Source: Pseudomonadota bacterium | GTDB lineage: Bacteria; Desulfobacterota; Desulfobacteria; Desulfobacterales; RPRI01 | Reading direction: 5' to 3' | Length of the DNA stretch: 14,293 nucleotides | Assembly: GCA_043825875.1 (NCBI GenBank) | Contig: JBDRRF010000043.1 | Coordinates: forward strand, 1 to 14,293 | Part shown: in pieces, positions 8,403-14,293 of the stretch | Layout: the number at the start of each line of letters is the position of its first letter | How positions within the stretch are numbered: position 1 is the stretch's first letter | Notes under the pieces: model-generated | What the model was told of the DNA's origin: nothing | The model's database searches: none | What the model saw: the letters and a program-made list of their open reading frames with translations, nothing else | Position numbers and translations under genes: made by a program

Positions 8403-9280
8403 TAAAAAGCATGACCGGATATGCAAGATCTGAAAAAACAGAAGCAGGTTTTGAAATTGTTACGGAAATTCGCACATACAACAGCAAGCACCTTGATATA
8501 AATCTTCGTTTTCCCCATGAATATAATGCGTTTGAAGATAAAATAAGAGGCTTGATCGGTTCAAGAGTATCAAGGGGTCGTATCGAGATTAAAATTACTA
8601 TAAAAGAAAATAATGGTAATTTAATTGAATTTGAAATCGATGAAAAAAAAGCGAGCGCATACTATAATATACTTTTGAGTTTAAGAGATAAATTAGGTAT
8701 GGATGCACAAATACCCCTTGATATGATAGCAGGTGCTGAAGGAGTAATAAAAGTTGCGGAAAACAAAAAAGATATTGAGGCTCAGTGGCTTTTGATAAAA
8801 GATTCTTTGGATGAGGCTTTAAGCATTTTAGATGATATGAGGAATAAAGAGGGTGAGTTTATTGCCGGTGATTTTGTTAAGCGCCTTGAAACCATTGAAC
8901 AATTATTAAACAGTATTGAGTTTGAATCCCGTGACATGCTTCTTTACTACACACAACGTTTAAAAGACCGGATATCAATATTGACAAAAGATACTATTGA
9001 GCTTGATGCAGGAAGAATTGCTCAGGAAGCGGCGTTTCTTGCAGACAGATGTGATATATCGGAAGAAGTAGTCAGGGTAAAAAGCCATTTAAACCAGTTT
9101 AATCTTATAATGAGTTCGGATGAACCTGCCGGAAGAAAGCTTAATTTTTTATTGCAGGAATTGAACCGTGAATTTAATACAATTGGTTCAAAAACTGAAA
9201 AAGCAATAGTTTCCCATACGATTGTAAATGTTAAATCCGAGATTGAAAAGTTAAGGGAACAGGTGCAAAATATCGAATAA
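8399..9280 (+). CDS. yicC: YicC/YloC family endoribonuclease
   Basis: N-terminal MIKSMTGYAR, SRGRIE, DISEEVVR, GRKLNFLLQELNREFNTIGSK and C-terminal EKLREQVQNIE. ATGA overlap with the upstream gene. Confidence 0.95.
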   Translation: MIKSMTGYARSEKTEAGFEIVTEIRTYNSKHLDINLRFPHEYNAFEDKIRGLIGSRVSRGRIEIKITIKENNGNLIEFEIDEKKASAYYNILLSLRDKLGMDAQIPLDMIAGAEGVIKVAENKKDIEAQWLLIKDSLDEALSILDDMRNKEGEFIAGDFVKRLETIEQLLNSIEFESRDMLLYYTQRLKDRISILTKDTIELDAGRIAQEAAFLADRCDISEEVVRVKSHLNQFNLIMSSDEPAGRKLNFLLQELNREFNTIGSKTEKAIVSHTIVNVKSEIEKLREQVQNIE

Positions 9281-9376
9281 TTATGTGAAAGGATTATAGA
9301 GTGTAGTGTTTCAATTCGTTTATGTTATTTGCTCTATGAAAACTATTTACTTCAATTTATTTAAAAAAGGAGAAAA

Positions 9377-9634
9377 ATGGAACAGACTCTTTTAAACATT
9401 GGACATGGAAGCTCTGTAGTAGCTGAACGGGTTGTTGCAATTGTATCTCCCAATTCAGCTCCAATGAAACGCTTAAAGGATGATGCAAAAGATGAAAAAC
9501 GACTAGTTGATGCAACCCATGGGCGCAAAACAAGAGCAATAATTGTTTTGGACAGTAATCATATAATTCTTTCCAGTTATACTCCTGAAACGATATCCCA
9601 GCGTTATACAAAGAGCCTGAATAAAGAGATATGA
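9377..9634 (+). CDS. remA: DUF370 / RemA family regulator
   Basis: [45 protein letters not shown]. Canonical position between yicC and gmk, with SD AAGGAG. Confidence 0.92.
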   Translation: MEQTLLNIGHGSSVVAERVVAIVSPNSAPMKRLKDDAKDEKRLVDATHGRKTRAIIVLDSNHIILSSYTPETISQRYTKSLNKEI

Positions 9635-10248
9635 CTTTACGATCAGTTACCAAAAAAGATACGGATACCGCCAATGCTTTAAAACCTGGCCGTCTCTTTA
9701 TAGTTTCCGCTCCTTCCGGAGCAGGCAAAACTACTCTTTGCAAGAGATTGCTGGCACGTTTTACTGACATGATTTATTCAATATCTTATACCACAAGAGC
9801 CCCCCGCATAGATGAAAAAAACGGTGTTGATTACTTTTTTATATCAAAAAAAGATTTTGAAACAAAAATTATAGAAGGCAAATGGGCTGAGTGGGCAAAA
9901 GTACACGGAAATTTCTATGGCACATCTGCCGAATATTTAAATGACGCTATCTTATCCGGAAAAGATATACTGCTTGATATAGATGTAAAAGGCACCATGC
10001 AGATAATTAAGCGCTATTCGGACAGCATTACAATCTTTATCATGCCGCCATCACTTGAGGAGCTGAAGATACGAATGGAATCAAGGGGCACAGATACCAG
10101 GGAAGTAATAGAAAATCGTTTGAAGAATGCAAAAGAAGAGATGGCTCAAAAAAATCTGTATAAACATGAGATAATTAATGACAGCCTTGATAAAGCAACT
10201 TTTGAACTTTTCGCACTTGTTGAAAAATACCGGGCAGGCAGCTTGTAA
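9631..10248 (+). CDS. gmk: Guanylate kinase
   Basis: P-loop [54 protein letters not shown]. Confidence 0.97.
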   Translation: MTLRSVTKKDTDTANALKPGRLFIVSAPSGAGKTTLCKRLLARFTDMIYSISYTTRAPRIDEKNGVDYFFISKKDFETKIIEGKWAEWAKVHGNFYGTSAEYLNDAILSGKDILLDIDVKGTMQIIKRYSDSITIFIMPPSLEELKIRMESRGTDTREVIENRLKNAKEEMAQKNLYKHEIINDSLDKATFELFALVEKYRAGSL

Positions 10249-10695
10249 ATGATAATTGACAGCATTGATAATATTGAAGCATATACAGGAGCAGGAGATA
10301 AGATAACTACTGCATTAAGATATATAGCAGCAGCAGACTTTAAAAATATGGAGCCTGGAAAGCATGATATTGATGGTGATAACATATTTGCCATTGTCAG
10401 TGATTATATCACAAAGCACAGCAATCAGTGTTTTTTAGAAGCCCATCGGAAATATATAGATGTGCAGTATATGGCAAATGGAGTTGAATGGGTAGGGTAT
10501 GCACCTTTAAAAGACAATGCGATTGTAAAGGAATATGATGAAAAAAAAGATTGTGCTTTTTTTGCCGGAGAACCTTCTTTTATAAAATTGGAAAAAGCAA
10601 TGTTTGCAATATTTTTCCCAACAGACCTGCATATGCCGGGTACAGGAGATACGCCAGGCCCTGTAAAAAAAGTAGTAGTAAAGGTCAGGATATAA
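10249..10695 (+). CDS. YhcH/YjgK/YiaL (DUF386) family protein
   Basis: MIIDSI, LEAHRKYIDVQY..GVE, FAIFFPTDLHMP, VKKVVVKV. Confidence 0.93.
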   Translation: MIIDSIDNIEAYTGAGDKITTALRYIAAADFKNMEPGKHDIDGDNIFAIVSDYITKHSNQCFLEAHRKYIDVQYMANGVEWVGYAPLKDNAIVKEYDEKKDCAFFAGEPSFIKLEKAMFAIFFPTDLHMPGTGDTPGPVKKVVVKVRI

Positions 10696-11605
10696 GCTTT
10701 TCTAAATCCTTTTTTGAAAATTCGTATAATGAATTACAATTATGACATGTTATCTGAAGCGGAAAAGGCCCGTTTTCTAAAATGTCTTTTTTCTCGTTTT
10801 CATCAAACATGGAAATGTATTGCAGCATAAGCTTCTCATTGCATCTGCAAAAAAACTCTATTCTGTAGTCATCTAAAATTTTAGGGTTCAGTTTTTTAAA
10901 TGATTCACGAATAATGTTATCCGGCTCTTTTCCTTCTTCAATAAGTATACCGATTGATGGAAGATCGTTTATAATACTTTCAAGGTTTTTAGCCAAATCA
11001 TCTGATGCATTCGGCATTAACTGTAGAAAAAGCCCACCGGCGCCGGTAACTTCCCCTTGTGTATCAAACTTGACACTTAAATTAAAAACGCTTGGTATTT
11101 GTTCGGAAGAGTAAAAGTAATTTGCCAGATCCTTTGCTATAGAGCCGTAAAGCAGTGCTATATGGCCTGAATAGGGTTGTTTTGCATCTTCGAGATATTT
11201 TGTAACTGTCAGCAAACCTGCGCCAAGAAAAGGTGATATATTAAAATCTTCAAGAGGTTTATCTATTGGAATTGGCGTCTGTTTTAAATATCCTCTTATT
11301 TCTCCATAAGCATTGGTTTCAACACTAATCCCTTTTATAGGCCCCGAACAGTCGATTTTTAAAGCGATTCTGTCATTTCCTTTCAGATTAGAAGATAATA
11401 AACCACAACCAAGATAGGCTTGGCCTAAGACAAGTGTTTCCAATATGCCAAGATCAAAATTTGCACGCATTTCCTTTATCATTCGAGTCCCATAGATAAA
11501 AGCACCACGTATAGACCCGTTTGCAAGAAGAAACCTGTGAACTTTGTCTTTTGATTTTTCTTTAAAACCGTTTTTAACAGAATCGTTTAATAGTTTTTTA
11601 ATCAT
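10685..11605 (-). CDS. hslO: Hsp33 redox-regulated molecular chaperone
   Basis: SGPIKGISVE..GEIRGY, YFYSSEQIPS, GAGGLFLQLMP and the C-terminal zinc site CRC...CHNC. SD-like AGAAGG upstream. 11-bp convergent overlap with the YhcH gene. Confidence 0.95.
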   Translation of the reverse strand: MIKKLLNDSVKNGFKEKSKDKVHRFLLANGSIRGAFIYGTRMIKEMRANFDLGILETLVLGQAYLGCGLLSSNLKGNDRIALKIDCSGPIKGISVETNAYGEIRGYLKQTPIPIDKPLEDFNISPFLGAGLLTVTKYLEDAKQPYSGHIALLYGSIAKDLANYFYSSEQIPSVFNLSVKFDTQGEVTGAGGLFLQLMPNASDDLAKNLESIINDLPSIGILIEEGKEPDNIIRESFKKLNPKILDDYRIEFFCRCNEKLMLQYISMFDENEKKDILENGPFPLQITCHNCNSLYEFSKKDLEKLIS

Positions 11606-11669
11606 CGCTACCTTCTTAAATTGTGCTCATCTTTTACAACTTACTGAGTGTAATGCCCTGTTGATATAT

Positions 11670-11811
11670 GAGCCAGTTTCAAAACGCCCCATTTTGGCCG
11701 ATCTCTGCGTTGGGCTCAAATTTCAATCCTCGAAATACTAAATGTATTCCTGTGGTTGAAATTTTCCCCCGCCTTGAGCTTGACCAAACTGAAACGTTTG
11801 GAAAGTGGCCC
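11670..11811. mobile_element. 142-bp MITE/ERIC-like foldback repeat, copy 1
   Basis: Terminal inverted repeats GAGCCAGTTTCAAAACG / CGTTTGGAAAGTGGCCC, with nested internal inverted repeats. 136/138 identical to 14156-14293. GC-richer than its flanks and encodes no transposase. Confidence 0.8.
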
Positions 11812-11848
11812 ATATGTATATTATTTAAGGGTTTTTAAATTATTTTAA

Positions 11849-11877
11849 ACTATATTGATATCAGTTTTATGTGTCAA
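11849..11877 (-). promoter_or_regulatory. Sigma70-type promoter pointing toward hslO
   Basis: On the minus strand: TTGACA (11877-11872), exactly 17 nt, then TATAGT (11854-11849). Confidence 0.65.
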
Positions 11878-12025
11878 GTTATAAACCAATAGCTCATAAT
11901 AAGAATATCCTATATATAAATCAGGCAACAGATTAATATCTTGTTCAAAATTCTTAAAATTGTTATATGAAAAAAGCTAAACTCAATATAGTCGGTATTA
12001 TTACAAATCATAAAGAGTAAATATC

Positions 12026-13120
12026 ATGGAAAATTACATAAACTTATTTTTTTCACACCTATTTTCTGACAATAAATCATTAGAAAATTATATCATCAGT
12101 ATTTCAGCCATTGTAATTACAGCCTTTGCAGCGTGGTGGATTTTAAATGCCGTAATGGGAAGTTTGAAAATAAAATATAATAAATCTTCTTTAAATGGAA
12201 AAAAAGGAGCTTTCTTACCCATTATAAAGCAGGGCGGGCATTATGCCATCTTCATTATTGTTGTTATTGTATTAGTTCGTCTTTTTAAAACGCCGCTTCT
12301 AGAAAAAACGGCATATGCCTTAATGATTTTGCTGTTTACCATAATTATCAGTAAATTTGTAAGCTTATTGATCCCTTTCCTAAGAGATAAGATTGCTTTA
12401 AAAACACATACAAAAATAGATGATGTGATTTTTGAGCTTATGTCGAAATTTTCAAACGTAGTTGTTTATGCTGCAGGAATTATTCTGGCTCTTGATATCC
12501 TTGGGTTAAATATAATGCCATTTGTTGCCGGAGCCGGTATTGCCGGTATAGCCATTGGTTTTGCAGCTAAAGATACTTTGTCAAATCTGATTGCCGGAAT
12601 TCTGTTAATTATTGACAGGCCTTTTGAAGTAGGAGACCGTATTGAAGTCTGGACAGCTCCGCAAAACAGCGCCACATGGGGAGATGTTGTAGATATAGGC
12701 CTAAGAGCGACCAAGATTAGAACCACGGATAACATTGTTATAATAATCCCAAATAATGAGATCATGAAACGCGATATTATCAACTATACTACAATAACAA
12801 AAGAAATACGGGTTAGAATCCCCATCGGCGTTGCTTATGATTCGGATATAAAAAAGGCAAAGGAATCTATTATAAAGGTTTCACTAGAGCTTGACTGGGT
12901 AATGAAAATTCCTGAACCTAAGGTGGTTGTTCACAGTTTCGGAGATTCGGCTGTCAACTTGCAGGCAAGAGTATGGATTAGTGATCCACGGCGCAGGATA
13001 GATACAGTTTCATATATTACAGACAGGGTAAAAGAAGTTTTTGATAAAGAAAATATTGAGATTCCATACCCGAAGCGTGATATCTATATAAAAAGTGAAA
13101 AAAACTTTAATAACTTGTAA
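12026..13120 (+). CDS. mscS: Small-conductance mechanosensitive channel (MscS family)
   Basis: Several N-terminal TM helices, AGAGIAGIAIGFAAKDTLSNLIAG, DRPFEVGDRI, GDVVDIGLRATKIRT, IPN, IGVAYDSD, IEIPYP. Confidence 0.93.
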   Translation: MENYINLFFSHLFSDNKSLENYIISISAIVITAFAAWWILNAVMGSLKIKYNKSSLNGKKGAFLPIIKQGGHYAIFIIVVIVLVRLFKTPLLEKTAYALMILLFTIIISKFVSLLIPFLRDKIALKTHTKIDDVIFELMSKFSNVVVYAAGIILALDILGLNIMPFVAGAGIAGIAIGFAAKDTLSNLIAGILLIIDRPFEVGDRIEVWTAPQNSATWGDVVDIGLRATKIRTTDNIVIIIPNNEIMKRDIINYTTITKEIRVRIPIGVAYDSDIKKAKESIIKVSLELDWVMKIPEPKVVVHSFGDSAVNLQARVWISDPRRRIDTVSYITDRVKEVFDKENIEIPYPKRDIYIKSEKNFNNL

Positions 13121-13150
13121 CATTTGTAAAGTTAATCATTGGAGACTAAT

Positions 13151-14029
13151 ATGGATGACACAACATCCCGTATAGATATGCTGCTTCCTGTAGAGATGGC
13201 CAAAAAAGCGGAAGAGCTTGGTGTAAAAAAAGCCACTATCGGATGGCGTAATTTATTTCTTCTTTCAATCCTTGCAGGTGCATTTATCTCCTTAGGGGCA
13301 ATATTTAGCACATCAGTAACCTCTGGTGCTGCTGGAACTATTCCTTTTGGAATTATAAAACTTTTAGGCGGTCTTGTTTTTTGCTTAGGACTTATACTTG
13401 TTATTGTTGGCGGAGCGGAATTGTTTACTGGCAACAATCTCATTGTGATGGCATGGGCCAGTGGTAAAGTATCTATAAGGCAATTACTAAGAAACTGGAT
13501 TATAGTCTATATTGGAAATTTTGCCGGTTCATTTTTAACTGCAATTATTATGTTTTTTACCAATCAATATATGTTTGGTAAAGGAGCAATCGGACTCAAT
13601 GCTTTAAATATAGCAACAACAAAATGTAATCTTGGATTCATTGAAGCATTGTTTCTTGGAATTATGTGTAATGCTTTGGTGTGCCTTGCCGTATGGTTGT
13701 GCTTCAGCGCAAAAACTACTACCGATAAAATTTTATCCATAATATTTCCAATAACCGCTTTTGTTGCTTGTGGTTTTGAACACTGTGTAGCCAATATGTA
13801 CTTTGTTCCCATTGGTATGTTTATAAAATCTTTTGCCAAGCCTCTTTTTTGGGAAAATATCGGCAAAACTGCCGGTGACTATGTTGTCCTGACATGGGGT
13901 AGTTTCTTTTATGCAAATTTACTTCCTGTAACAATAGGAAATATTATAGGAGGATCGGTATTGGTAGGTCTTACATACTGGTTTGTATATATCAGAAAGC
14001 CAAGAGTTCCCATTATCCCGCAGGATTGA
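13151..14029 (+). CDS. focA: Formate/nitrite transporter (FNT) family channel, FocA-like
   Basis: LAGAFISLG, GAELFTGN, VYIGNFAG, GIMCNALVCLAVW, FVACGFEHCVANMY, VTIGNIIGG. GGAG at 13141-13144 supports ATG 13151. Confidence 0.92.
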   Translation: MDDTTSRIDMLLPVEMAKKAEELGVKKATIGWRNLFLLSILAGAFISLGAIFSTSVTSGAAGTIPFGIIKLLGGLVFCLGLILVIVGGAELFTGNNLIVMAWASGKVSIRQLLRNWIIVYIGNFAGSFLTAIIMFFTNQYMFGKGAIGLNALNIATTKCNLGFIEALFLGIMCNALVCLAVWLCFSAKTTTDKILSIIFPITAFVACGFEHCVANMYFVPIGMFIKSFAKPLFWENIGKTAGDYVVLTWGSFFYANLLPVTIGNIIGGSVLVGLTYWFVYIRKPRVPIIPQD

Positions 14030-14155
14030 AATTTGATATATGGAAGTCTGTCGTAGTTGCAGTATTATAAATAATCTATATGAAAGGAGGTGAAAAACTG
14101 CTTTCCGATTTAAACATGGGATATATCTTGTGGTTTACTTCTTAGATATACAATA

Positions 14156-14293
14156 GAGCCAGTTTCAAAACGCCCCATTTTGGCCGATCTCTGCGTTGGG
14201 CTCAAATTTCAATCCTCGAAATACTAAATGTATTCCTGTGGTTGAAATTTTCTCCCGCCTTGAGCTTGACCAAACTGAAACGTTTTGAAAGTG
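14156..14293. mobile_element. MITE/ERIC-like foldback repeat, copy 2 (last ~4 bp beyond the window)
   Basis: Same orientation as copy 1 and preceded by TA. It differs only at the positions equivalent to 11767 (C/T) and 11800 (G/T). Confidence 0.8.

Noticed and set aside
11628..11654. CIRCE-like half-site (GAGTGTAA) upstream of hslO
   Set aside because: No matching TTAGCACTC arm at 9-nt spacing.
11668..11838. 56-aa ORF (MSQFQNAPFWPISALG...) running through repeat copy 1, suggesting a coding or RPE-like in-frame element
   Set aside because: Copy 2 lacks the ATG and has TGA in the same frame within the right TIR, and there is no SD. It is most likely a by-product of the repeat.
13114..13140. 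Possible Rex/FNR-type site between mscS and focA
   Set aside because: TTGTAACATTTGTAAAG lacks the required dyad symmetry.
264..13866. Numerous 60-140 aa antisense or alternate-frame ORFs in the ORF track (e.g. 9357-9770, 7625-7987, 12466-12783)
   Set aside because: They lie over well-supported genes and show no family motifs, so they are treated as shadow ORFs.
11670..14293. Repeats as a CRISPR array or integron attC sites
   Set aside because: Only two 142-bp copies 2.5 kb apart, with no repeat-spacer periodicity, no RYYYAAC/GTTRRRY ends and no cas or integrase gene.

Overview
AT-rich bacterial chromosomal window. The gene set suggests a Desulfobacterales/Deltaproteobacteria-like anaerobe (inference). 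The left part (1-6381) looks accessory: the 3' end of an unknown gene, a secreted hypothetical protein, a degraded 330-bp stretch, a lipoprotein with a clear sigma70 promoter, a YbjT-like SDR/DUF2867 protein and a 723-aa acyltransferase + alpha/beta-hydrolase fusion. The middle is a housekeeping block. DUF721/DciA and a tRNA m6A37 methyltransferase lie on the minus strand, divergent from Trm112-like, DUF4416, yicC, remA/DUF370, gmk and a YhcH-family gene, and the block ends with convergent hslO (Hsp33). The right part holds mscS and a FocA-type FNT channel. The most notable non-coding feature is a 142-bp foldback, MITE/ERIC-like element with terminal inverted repeats, present twice (11670-11811 and 14156-end, 136/138 identical) in direct orientation around mscS-focA. 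One copy lies between a near-consensus sigma70 promoter and hslO, and a possible solo end overlaps the methyltransferase stop codon at the accessory/core junction. No transposase, CRISPR array, tRNA or rRNA was seen.
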